The notes under the pieces are model-generated. The model was not told the DNA's origin. It did not search any database and was given only the letters and a program-made list of their open reading frames with translations. Below, one piece after another: positions 19,901 through 27,816 of a stretch of 64,000 bases of DNA (within the stretch, counting starts at the first letter, position 1; each line of letters begins with the position of its first letter). The stretch spans positions 1 to 64,000 of the IMG/VR virus record IMGVR_UViG_3300044631_002183; one strand, written 5' to 3'. The position numbers and the translations under genes were made by a program. Source of the stretch: a virus.

Positions 19901-22248
19901 GCTCCAAGCCAAGCATTGGCAACGTAAATCCTACAGCCAAACCACAAAAATCACTGCCTAAAAGAGATCCTAAAACTGGAAGATTTTTATCAAAATCTCA
20001 GAGCGATTTAATGGAGAAAATAGAGCAGGGGAAATTAGCTAAAGCAGCAAAAAAGGCTCAATTAGCGCAAGGATCTCCATCTGGATTCTCTAGTTTGTTA
20101 GCAAAACCAGGACTGCAACAAATGCTCGCTTTGACTCCAGAAGAGCAAGCTAGAATTAGAAGAGGCGCATTCGAATCAAGCCAAAGAGCTGGCGCGGCTC
20201 AAATGGCTGAATATCAAAGAGTATTTTTGGCTCAAAAAGCTTCAGAATTACAACCTAGCGCAGCGTCTCGTGGATTAAATATTTTGCCAAAAGGTCAATT
20301 TCCTACTCCACTTTTTTCTGGCAAAAATGTATCTCCATTAGGTCTATTGCCTAGAGGTCAAGGAACTTTTAAGGGCCAGGCTTTTGTTCCTAATGTGCGA
20401 GTCGCATCAGGGCCTTTGAGCTTGCAATCAAAAAGCGGAATTACTTCTCCATCTTTAAGATTGTCTAACTACAGAGCTGCTTCTGCTGGTACTGGCTCTT
20501 ATTTAGATGCGTTTCTAGTCGGTAATGAAGAAAATTTCAAAATAGCAGCGGAGAACGAAAGGCAAGCTGCTGCAAATAGATATTTTCAAAAAACAGAACC
20601 TCTTAGACAAGCTCAAAGAGAGCAGAGTCTGAAGCAAGTCGCTCAAGCTGCTGAAAATGCTAAAAAGGGACAAAGAGTAAATATTTCAGAAATTGCTAAA
20701 AGATTTGACGCGAGATCTTCAACAAAAGCTGGCAGAATTGATTTGACTGAAATAGCTAGAAGGGCAAGAGAAAATGCTCCAAGTAATTTCAAAGAATACA
20801 CTTCCGAAGAAGTTAAAAATATTCTTTCTAAAAAGCCATCGACTCCTTCTGCTTCTATTGTAACTCCAAAAACTTCTGGAATTTTAGGAAAAGTAAAATC
20901 TTCCGCAGGCATAGGCTTAAAAGGTCTTGGTATATTAGGAGGAGTGGCAGAGGCTTATGATGCATACGCGAATATACAAGCTGGAAATTATGGAAAAGCA
21001 GCTCTCTCTGGCGTTTCATCAGCTCTAAGCTTCGGTAGTTTATTAGGCGGTACAGTCGGTGCTGCGGCTGGAGGAGCAGGTTTGGTTTTAGCTGCTGGCG
21101 TAGGCGGTTACAAGTTAGGAAACATAATAGAAGAAAAAATCGGGCTTGGAGAAGCGATGGGAAATCTTTTTTCAGGGTCTGCGACATCAATGGCTAGACA
21201 AGCTGGAAAGAGAAATCTTAGAGAGATGTCTTCTAGAGAAGCTTATGATTCTGATCAAATAATATATAGAAAGATGCAGCTCTTGAATGAGGCCAATAGA
21301 TATAACAGAGCCTCTGGCAATCCTGCTCTTTCTTTTGAGAGCGGCTTGGCTAGAGCAAAAGCAGCCCAAGAAAGAAAAGACGAGCAAGATATAGTCACAT
21401 TAAGAGGAAATTTAGATAAAGAAAGCGAAGCGACTAGAGCAGAAATAGCTGCTAGAGCTGCTGGAGCGGGGGCGGCTGAAACAGCCAGATTAAATAAACA
21501 ATCCACCGCTGAAGAAGACGCTAGAAGCTCATCTCTAAGAAGATCTTTCCTTGAGTCTTTTGATAAAAACGCTGAGTCCGCTGGTTATCTAACTACTCAA
21601 GACAGGGTAAATTTCTTATTGGGTCAAGAAGGCAAGAATGGTCTCGGATCATTTAGGTCTACAGATTTTGCTGATCCAGAATTTGCTAGATCATTCAATA
21701 CTTATAAAGAAGCTAGAAACAAATTCGCTGCTACTGAAGCTCCAACGACATTGGAGTTTAAGAGCATGCAATCTCAAGCTCGTACAGGTTTCTCAGACGA
21801 TGTTTTGAGAGAAGCTGTCGCCAGAGGAGTATCAGCAGAAACCATAGAAGAGGAAAGAGCTCGCAAACAAGCCGCTGCTCAAGGAGCGATTCCTAATTTT
21901 GCTGCAATGAGCAATAGCATGATGTCTTCTGGAGACGTTTACTCTAGAATGAGAGCCACTAGCGCAAGATCTTCTATGGGTAGCTACTCTGGGGGATACA
22001 TTCCAAACTTCGCCGCTGGAGACTTTACAAATGCCATAACAGAAGCTCTAAGAAATGGAATAACATCAGCTTTCCCTGATGGACCTTCTTCAAGTTCCGT
22101 TTCTAACTCTAATGTCATCAATATAGACGGAAGAGCATCCATACAAAATGCTCCTGATGAGGCTATGCAAGGAATTATCAGCATATTGTTTGATAAGATT
22201 CCTGAACTAAAGAAACTAGGACCAGCAGCCTTGAATTTCAAGAGATAA
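13981..22248 (+). CDS. tape measure protein (TP901-type core) with PNFA-delimited accessory domains
   Basis: N-terminal TP901-like core (EFARQG, DTRFAVSSAQL.EAL.R.GS, G.VIGNALKTIFTRL); Ala/Gly-rich helical regions; late Gly-zipper hydrophobic segment; canonical position. Confidence 0.9.
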   Translation: MPTNVQANLLLNTAPAQASFNNFARAIGSAKFAQPLGRITGDATEFRKSLEAATARVTAFGLTAGAIYKVSQAIREGAKATLEVDKQLVELNTYLGQSRKELEGFSQSLFKVAKNAAVPFEAASEAAKEFARQGLSANEILKRTESALTLARISGISYSQAVNGITTALNSFSKEALTASEITNKLIAVDTRFAVSSAQLNEALTRVGSSAEESGISIDKLIATVTAAQQITGRGGAVIGNALKTIFTRLQRPEVLSQLEQLGVAIKDQNGFLLDGISILKNYSDATKNLSQAEKARTAELVGGIYQINQVNALIKDLSSSNSIYANALKISSAATDEAKKKNEELNKSLSALLEQTKTSAQQAAAALGQSLLEPIVKLGSAASEALLKIVDPNSVGEEMGAAIAKGAASALGRGLVMGGGPLLAATGGLLAAKMFKYVSASAKELGRFSTDMFTSEKELQIQKRINDTLRQSPGIIADVRSGKMSLVDAETEVLRLIQEQNRNLLTQSRITGRVTSTVTTAQNASKKGFFGRIFADGYVPDLSSSVGLAALEENTARRMGAKNPKARMVQATIKGKTGPVMVNDQEKVIPNYAGTGETAIIPNYRKFNDIPRMSKGYVPNFAFDSLKTWYTRDRKIVDPETYSYLRYALTKDKKAINLVFSKSEQKGQGWQMFERLGKTAKRIGLPVKSDVLSSQANDVLDISDASLAKAGKYGIEEVLKVAYPQLIYRQKGSSKGTSLSVNLDNGLNNTSTELSGKNIFSIVSEFASKQYKGDSKLLRNSIIDGSFDLQNIVTNFAGGRIPNFAKKDRYKFPSISSAKMEANIGRNFEKLSPENQRYFARAYEDYNNLIKVFSKASGSSPEKFANVMSALSPANPLERNALDALRYNLYTQKKLSTIASPIFLDEREIGSVKAQTYGANRTKAANLLVGLEKLTGNKRKAFLNNMLDPFGSTDVTVDYRAQGDALGKSFNVKNAPSMNREQYDKVSQAFRNVGAKAGVSGLGVQAATWIGQRMNTKAAKGQDLNRGILKFFYDNPDKISLENLEFLLSVPAKGKARKQFFKTASAMGVSKLSPDSLITIPRAAGGYIPNFAGLSNAISREKTMSGLPASQIMAHFDGKGNPLAVTNKRDEPRGLQDVPNFAIPRSLLKRFAQFKRGTFGNPISASLEVLQGSFLSSIVDQLAEAEKISAEASALTTGGVPTAYGLKNIGRGIFGKGSSLQKGFSIASGLGQVAYGIGVGSQAGDDVRRRINEKRYEEALDRSRKTYQDLTENTLELSNTLAKLDAAYRDPKADPKQITKLAKIREDLINKVSLKNPELVSKLASEQSIEGKINILEENTKESQRQQSIREQALKFSARGAISGKEAPKEIGDFFASIINAGNENILKQDLSKATTANFGDVLKAGGLNVEELSNVFKTDDLKKAFIDALKVTQKLSELSTRQERDITALSRPLAVQQQRVADAKEVRGEIRKALQEQLPELASFAGTFSKRAGLSASSDAALAIKRTDAAVSFQNSLLAQLSDKEFAKGLPSEVESRLRNIDAPGKAAAKELETLKSLPGLSEKQIEGLDKLIGFNSQQARSVEKATIIANETKNIQLKFLALQEKLAFGGDIRTSINPQMRNEAMAAGIRGPLTYQLGGLLGSRRTQVGGAVDFLTDTIQKYPGLLQTKGGKEPMDIQAVKRELTGINAMDMQRDLLKRAGMAQMMGLGQTSGLLRSKAFDQGYLMESAGLKASALFGGPEVPEEIKNAMGEYERFNVQSARQSRAEDAALKTVEDFFVPLKQKITDQFTTEGNQLAKSFQESLKTTFGDKGIIASIVNVTTEKINSIGSSGNTATTPVVQNFANPINDAVTREKMALGRRGIIGVPNFAMASINLERSPDLVTSSNPQGFGVTNSIDEKNGLRSLGMRSSGFVPNFAKSRMEELLERIYGPRADAPKPVVPSPPAPILGVSQKTMPFYPERLVNETYPYGSKPSIGNVNPTAKPQKSLPKRDPKTGRFLSKSQSDLMEKIEQGKLAKAAKKAQLAQGSPSGFSSLLAKPGLQQMLALTPEEQARIRRGAFESSQRAGAAQMAEYQRVFLAQKASELQPSAASRGLNILPKGQFPTPLFSGKNVSPLGLLPRGQGTFKGQAFVPNVRVASGPLSLQSKSGITSPSLRLSNYRAASAGTGSYLDAFLVGNEENFKIAAENERQAAANRYFQKTEPLRQAQREQSLKQVAQAAENAKKGQRVNISEIAKRFDARSSTKAGRIDLTEIARRARENAPSNFKEYTSEEVKNILSKKPSTPSASIVTPKTSGILGKVKSSAGIGLKGLGILGGVAEAYDAYANIQAGNYGKAALSGVSSALSFGSLLGGTVGAAAGGAGLVLAAGVGGYKLGNIIEEKIGLGEAMGNLFSGSATSMARQAGKRNLREMSSREAYDSDQIIYRKMQLLNEANRYNRASGNPALSFESGLARAKAAQERKDEQDIVTLRGNLDKESEATRAEIAARAAGAGAAETARLNKQSTAEEDARSSSLRRSFLESFDKNAESAGYLTTQDRVNFLLGQEGKNGLGSFRSTDFADPEFARSFNTYKEARNKFAATEAPTTLEFKSMQSQARTGFSDDVLREAVARGVSAETIEEERARKQAAAQGAIPNFAAMSNSMMSSGDVYSRMRATSARSSMGSYSGGYIPNFAAGDFTNAITEALRNGITSAFPDGPSSSSVSNSNVINIDGRASIQNAPDEAMQGIISILFDKIPELKKLGPAALNFKR
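15838..22014 (+). repeat. dispersed peptide repeat PNFA (8 exact copies, often as G(Y/F)(I/V)PNFA) within TMP
   Basis: PNFA starts at about 15838, 16387, 17248, 17398, 19588, 19732, 21892 and 22003; variants GYVPD, IPNYA, IPNYR, TNFA and QNFA also occur. Confidence 0.9.
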
Positions 22249-22263
22249 AATATATAATAAAAT

Positions 22264-24186
22264 ATGGCCTTTACCTCTGAAACAGTAATAAAATTTGGCA
22301 CGAACCCAATAAGTTTTGCCATAGCCACGCTATTAAATTATTCCGTAAGGAATGAGAAGGTGGGCGCATTTGACTATAGAAGAAAAGAGAATATTTCTTT
22401 TGATGGTTATTTTTCTAATAGAGAATCAAGTGTTCCAATAAGTGAGCATTTCAGACAAGTAAAATTACTACTAGAAAGTTCTACAGATTTTGTTGAGATA
22501 TTCCTCAATGACAAGTCTTATGGTAAGGCTAGATTTTTAAGTTATTCTTTTCCAACTTCAGTAAATTTTGATGAGAATTCTGTAAGGTTTACTAAGTTTA
22601 CAATAACGCTAGAAGTAATAAAAGATGACTCATCTAATACTTTTGCTTCAGCCAATTTGCCAGCAGCAGTAGGTAGTTTAACAAACATATGGTACAAGTT
22701 AAAAGACTTTAATGAATCGTTTTCCTTTACTCTACAAGATGATGGAAATTTCCTAGCCTCGCACAGAATATCTTTTGGCTACGACAATATAGACAAGGCA
22801 TCAGACACGTCAGTAGTAACAGATGCCAGAAATATAGCAAATACATTTTTTGCTCAGGGATTAGATTCTTTATCCGGCATTAGATCTTTTTACAGTTCTA
22901 CAAACTTTCAGATAAGTAATACAGATTATGGATCTTCTTTGATTGATCAGAATGTTGATCTGATTAATTTTAATTTCTCATACTCTAAGCAATATACTGT
23001 ATTTTCTGATAACGGCACAAACACAACAGAAACATTACTAACAGACATCATTTTCAACTCTGACGGCCTCATAGAGGTAGTAGAAAAAGGAAGAATAAAA
23101 GGCAAAGGCTCTAGTTTTGCCGCAGCAAGAGCAAATGCTATAGCAAAGCTTAATTCTAATATATCTTCTGCATATACTAGATGCAATAATGTCTTTAATA
23201 GATATTTCTCTGCTGATTATTCTAGATTTGCTAAAGTGCTTCCAAAGTATAATGCTTTGGATACATTAAAATCAAATCCAGTATCAATAACAAAAGATCT
23301 AACAGAAACTCAACCAGAAATAGGCTATGAAATACGATTTACAACTAATGCAGCTTACTCTGATGCTACTACCATTCATACTTATTCTATCTCACTAGGC
23401 AGAGATGCTCAAGGAATATATAACTCTACTATAAATGGATCAATAAAATTCTATACTAATAAAAATAAATCATTCAGCTCAAATTTATCAACGATCAAAT
23501 CTATTATTGACGCTAACTCTGGCGCAGATGACTTGACAAAAATAAATCCATATTACGCTGCTGTAGCAGGAAGCGGAACATTCGCAGGGATCAAGACAAC
23601 CACTTCCATAAGTCACTTAAAGTTTGGCGTAGAAACTACATACTCAAAAACATATTCTAATTCTCCTACCTTAAATAGTTCTGGTTTGATAAGACAGTTG
23701 ACTATTTCAGAAAATACAAATCTTCCTGTAAATAGATTTTCAAATGCCAGCATTCCTGGATCTTGGAACGATAGAACTAAAAAGATCGATAGAATGCAAG
23801 AAACAATTTATCAGACAACTCAATTAACAGAGGGTGTAAAGTCTATAAGCATAGACATGAAGATAGATAGAAATCAATTATACTCTGTAAATGGATCTAA
23901 TACCAATCCATCAACAGTATTCGGCAAGATAAAAGATTTATTCTCTACTAACATGCTTCATAAAAACACTGGATATCTATTTGGTATTACTTACCCACAA
24001 TATCAATATGGTATCAAGGCTTTTTCTAAGATATACAACGAAAACTTTGGTTTTAAAGTCGGCGACCTTACCTTTTTCATGGACAATTTAAATTTATCTA
24101 TAGATAATAACTACAATTTAAAAGCATCTATAGAATATAAGTTCTTAGCCAAGAAAGAGAAACTATCTAACACAGGAAACGTTTAA
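22264..24186 (+). CDS. putative distal tail / tail-tip hub protein
   Basis: First gene after TMP; beta-rich with recurring tube-like strand patterns; synteny. Confidence 0.45.
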   Translation: MAFTSETVIKFGTNPISFAIATLLNYSVRNEKVGAFDYRRKENISFDGYFSNRESSVPISEHFRQVKLLLESSTDFVEIFLNDKSYGKARFLSYSFPTSVNFDENSVRFTKFTITLEVIKDDSSNTFASANLPAAVGSLTNIWYKLKDFNESFSFTLQDDGNFLASHRISFGYDNIDKASDTSVVTDARNIANTFFAQGLDSLSGIRSFYSSTNFQISNTDYGSSLIDQNVDLINFNFSYSKQYTVFSDNGTNTTETLLTDIIFNSDGLIEVVEKGRIKGKGSSFAAARANAIAKLNSNISSAYTRCNNVFNRYFSADYSRFAKVLPKYNALDTLKSNPVSITKDLTETQPEIGYEIRFTTNAAYSDATTIHTYSISLGRDAQGIYNSTINGSIKFYTNKNKSFSSNLSTIKSIIDANSGADDLTKINPYYAAVAGSGTFAGIKTTTSISHLKFGVETTYSKTYSNSPTLNSSGLIRQLTISENTNLPVNRFSNASIPGSWNDRTKKIDRMQETIYQTTQLTEGVKSISIDMKIDRNQLYSVNGSNTNPSTVFGKIKDLFSTNMLHKNTGYLFGITYPQYQYGIKAFSKIYNENFGFKVGDLTFFMDNLNLSIDNNYNLKASIEYKFLAKKEKLSNTGNV

Positions 24187-24187
24187 T

Positions 24188-26014
24188 ATGTCAGATGTAA
24201 TCATCAAATATAACAATAAGAGAATTCCAGTTTCGGGGACTGGTCCAACTCCTTATATATCATTAAGTGATGATGTAATTACTTATGGCGACAGATGGGG
24301 AATTTCTCAAAGGATAGTTTTGAATGGAGTGATTACTGGGAATTCTTTCGATGATTTGTATACAGCTCAGACAGGCTTGGTAGATATTTTTTCTTCTTCA
24401 TATAAAGTTTTAAAAGTTTTAGAAGGCGCTGACGATACCGTAGTCACAGGTGAAGTGGCTGCTTTTTCTGGTTGTTCAGTGCAGGGAGTTTCATTCGACA
24501 ATGCTCCATATAATAAAGTAGTAAATTACTCAGTTGAGTTGATTTCTTATCCTTCTGGATTAACTGGATTTTTTTCTGGGAATTATGGAATATTAGATCC
24601 AAAAGATGAAATAAATATTACTCCCGGCAGCGATGGCGTGGGAACTATAACGCACTCTGTCTCGGCTAGAGGATTTGTAATAAATACAATAGATGATGCA
24701 ATAGATAACGTAAAATCTTATGTAGCTTCTAGGACAGGCGTTTCGAGAGTTTTAACTTTGCCATTAGCCACTAGCATAGATAACTCTGGATCATTTACTC
24801 CAGTGTTAGTTAGCATATCCGAGAATCTAGATAGACTAAACCTAACATACTCAATAGAAGAGAGCTACAGATTCAAAACAATAACAGGAGATTCAGAATC
24901 GGCGCAAAATTACTCCTTCAATAATTACAATTTAGTATCTTACTCCACTTCATTAACTTCTGGAGCTGGAGATGATTTTGTTACAGCATCTATTCAGGGA
25001 GAAATAAAGGCAGGAATTACAGGCGCGACTGGTGACGCTTTGATTTCTGGTTTGATAAATCAGCTTTCCGGTTTGAATCCATACGCTGTAATATCAGGAA
25101 AGTATGGTTCTCCAAATGGATTTAAATTTTGCGAAGATCCTATCGAGGTTTCAATAAATGAAGATCGTAAAGCTAGAAAAGTTGGCTTTAATATTTCTTA
25201 TGATAATTTAGAGTTTTATAGCTCTGCTAATGATCAAATAGTTTTCAATGGATGTTATCTAGACGCTACAATATCTCATAATATAGATGACTTGTCATCG
25301 ATAGATACATTAGAAGTTAGAGGAGAGGTAAAATGCAGAGGTTCAGTTTCAAATAAATACGCTAAGTCTTTAGATTATGTGACCGAGCTTTTTACTGCTG
25401 GAACTAGCCCATCTGCCCCTAGATTATATACTCTAGTAAATGACTATTACAGCGCATATTATTCCAGCTCTCCAAAATTCACTTTGAATTCTCAGCCAGT
25501 TTCTGTGCAAGTAGAAGCAAATCCATTATTGGGAACTGTTTCTTTAACTGTCACTTATGATAATAAAGATAGATTCCTTGGTCTTTCTACTTCAGATTAT
25601 TCAATAGAATATACTCCTGCGAACACCATATTTACATATGGTTTTTCATGCAATAACTCTTTAAGACACATCGCCGTAGACATGAATGTGCTGAAAAGAG
25701 AAAAAGCTGGAATAAATTTATCAGTATCTAAGCCAAATACTTCAGAGTCTACTCTGCTTACAAATAAAGATTCTCTTTTATCTTCATTTAAAGAGTATTT
25801 TCTCAAGCCATTGCTAGAAGCAAAAAATAGACCTTCTTTGGATACTATGCAAGAAGAGTCTTCTGCTGTTTCTATATCTAATAGCAATTTTAGCTCTTCG
25901 ACCTCTAATGAACTAACATCAAATAAATATGGATCTATAGTATCAGCAAATTCAGTATTTTCTTTTGCTTTAGATCCAGCTCAAGCCGCAAATAGAAGCA
26001 TAATAAAATCATGA
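24188..26014 (+). CDS. putative tail-tip hub protein, apparently paralogous in style to the preceding gene
   Basis: Similar pattern (PTPYIS..., ITHSVSARG, ASIQGEIK); SG/TG-rich N-terminal half. Confidence 0.45.
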   Translation: MSDVIIKYNNKRIPVSGTGPTPYISLSDDVITYGDRWGISQRIVLNGVITGNSFDDLYTAQTGLVDIFSSSYKVLKVLEGADDTVVTGEVAAFSGCSVQGVSFDNAPYNKVVNYSVELISYPSGLTGFFSGNYGILDPKDEINITPGSDGVGTITHSVSARGFVINTIDDAIDNVKSYVASRTGVSRVLTLPLATSIDNSGSFTPVLVSISENLDRLNLTYSIEESYRFKTITGDSESAQNYSFNNYNLVSYSTSLTSGAGDDFVTASIQGEIKAGITGATGDALISGLINQLSGLNPYAVISGKYGSPNGFKFCEDPIEVSINEDRKARKVGFNISYDNLEFYSSANDQIVFNGCYLDATISHNIDDLSSIDTLEVRGEVKCRGSVSNKYAKSLDYVTELFTAGTSPSAPRLYTLVNDYYSAYYSSSPKFTLNSQPVSVQVEANPLLGTVSLTVTYDNKDRFLGLSTSDYSIEYTPANTIFTYGFSCNNSLRHIAVDMNVLKREKAGINLSVSKPNTSESTLLTNKDSLLSSFKEYFLKPLLEAKNRPSLDTMQEESSAVSISNSNFSSSTSNELTSNKYGSIVSANSVFSFALDPAQAANRSIIKS

Positions 26015-27801
26015 ACGAAACCATAAAATCAGGATTCCTAGAGACAATATTTTGTGATATATCTGCTATTTCAATAGACTACGATTTCCGAAATCCGTCA
26101 TACACTGGAGTAACTGATTCTGCTGGGTATTCTAATTATGTAATATTTAATAATCAATCTGGAGTTAATTATCAATATTCAGGATCGAAAATTTATACAG
26201 ATGCAAATCCAGCTCTAACATACAACGATAAAGTCGGTGGTGGCAATGTAAACCAGTCAATTGTTAGCGGACATTTCAATGGACAAAACAAATTAAAAAT
26301 ACTTGGAGAATTTGACAGCCCAGATTGGGCGGCATTTATTGTTTTCAAAAATTTAGACACAGGAAATTTTGTAGATAGCAAAATTCTTATTTCATCTCAG
26401 ACTGATGTGTCTTCTACTTCTGGTTTCTCGATAGGAATCAATGGATGCAATAGACTATTTTGTGAGCACAATACACCAACAGACGGCAAAAGGATATATA
26501 CTCTTGGTCAAGAATTAGATAATAAAAACGTAGTGTCCGTCTCTAAAATAGACTCCTCTATTCAATTATCAACACATCAATTTGATGATACTTTAAATAA
26601 GAAGTCGCTTAATGTGCAATTTGATATAACAGATTTTTCTAATTCTAATAATTTCTTTGTAGGTGGATTAGGGGTTTCTGGGGTAAACTACAAAAATTTC
26701 AGCGGATATATTGACAGTTTCATGATGTTCAATCTAGGTTTAGATTTTGCAGAAAGAAACACTTTTGCAAAGGCTTTTTATTGCTCAGGCTACGCTACAG
26801 GCGCGTATGAGACGCAGATAGAAACATTTTTATCTGTTACAGGCGTAGAGTATCAAAATGTTATAGTTGGCACAGGAATAACTGGATATGTTCAAGCTTC
26901 AGGATCGACTACGACTTCAAATGGTTCTTCTGTTACTGGATATTATTATTCTGGTGTGACAGGATATTTATATGAGTATCAACTAGTGGAACTTACAGGG
27001 GCAACCACTGGGTCTTCAGAGATAACAGTGTATAGACCTCCTAGCGGATTGATTGATTATGGATATTCGGTGCCATTTGGTAATTCTAAAATTTTGCTTT
27101 TGGCTGATTTTGATAGTTCTAATAAAGAAGTCTATAGTTTCTCAGGTAGAAATTCGGAAGATATTAATTTGACTCCTCAGTTTTCTATATCTGATGCTAG
27201 ATATGCTATATTAAATACTGGCTCTGGAGAGGCTGTTAATTTGTATGTCAATGGGTTAGCCTGCACTTATGTTACTGGGATAACCGGAGATAGAGATGGT
27301 GACTTTACAATATCAGGAGGCTTTATAGATTCTAGTAGTTTCTATGATGTAAATGATTTTGCTATTTATGACTTGATTTCTGGATCTGGATCTCTTACCG
27401 GCATATCAACGCAAGACATAACAAACACTACAAAAGTTTTAAACTATAATTATGTAAATCACAGAGATTTATACTTAAATGGAAATAAATTAATTTCAGG
27501 AATAGATTATGCCGCAGTAACTGGTGCGATTACTGTTTATACTACGAATCTTATAGATGGAGATTTGATCTTATTACCAAAACACGAAGTAAATAGAACC
27601 AGATATACAGGCAATAATTCTAATAATTTTGATACTAGCTTGCCTCTTTTCGATGAGCAGGTATGGGTTAATGGTTTGAGACAAATAAAAGGGCTAGACT
27701 ATGAAAAACTGGCCGACTCAAGCTTAAGGTATACAACCTTTTCTTTGGAGCCATTCTCTGAAGTTATATATAATAATGACACAGGTTATTTTAACGTGTA
27801 A
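26011..27801 (+). CDS. tail-associated protein with LamG-like N-terminal domain, extremely SG/TG-rich
   Basis: FFVGG...FSGYIDSFMMFN LamG-like end; three LYVNG/LYLNG/VWVNG repeats; about 34 S/T-G dipeptides by hand count. Confidence 0.55.
   Translation: MNETIKSGFLETIFCDISAISIDYDFRNPSYTGVTDSAGYSNYVIFNNQSGVNYQYSGSKIYTDANPALTYNDKVGGGNVNQSIVSGHFNGQNKLKILGEFDSPDWAAFIVFKNLDTGNFVDSKILISSQTDVSSTSGFSIGINGCNRLFCEHNTPTDGKRIYTLGQELDNKNVVSVSKIDSSIQLSTHQFDDTLNKKSLNVQFDITDFSNSNNFFVGGLGVSGVNYKNFSGYIDSFMMFNLGLDFAERNTFAKAFYCSGYATGAYETQIETFLSVTGVEYQNVIVGTGITGYVQASGSTTTSNGSSVTGYYYSGVTGYLYEYQLVELTGATTGSSEITVYRPPSGLIDYGYSVPFGNSKILLLADFDSSNKEVYSFSGRNSEDINLTPQFSISDARYAILNTGSGEAVNLYVNGLACTYVTGITGDRDGDFTISGGFIDSSSFYDVNDFAIYDLISGSGSLTGISTQDITNTTKVLNYNYVNHRDLYLNGNKLISGIDYAAVTGAITVYTTNLIDGDLILLPKHEVNRTRYTGNNSNNFDTSLPLFDEQVWVNGLRQIKGLDYEKLADSSLRYTTFSLEPFSEVIYNNDTGYFNV
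27796..27801 (+). promoter_or_regulatory. GTGTAA motif formed by the last codon and stop of the upstream gene
   Basis: GTG TAA, 15 nt before ATG 27817, with an AAGGA SD between. Confidence 0.45.
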
Positions 27802-27816
27802 TTGATTTAAAGGATT

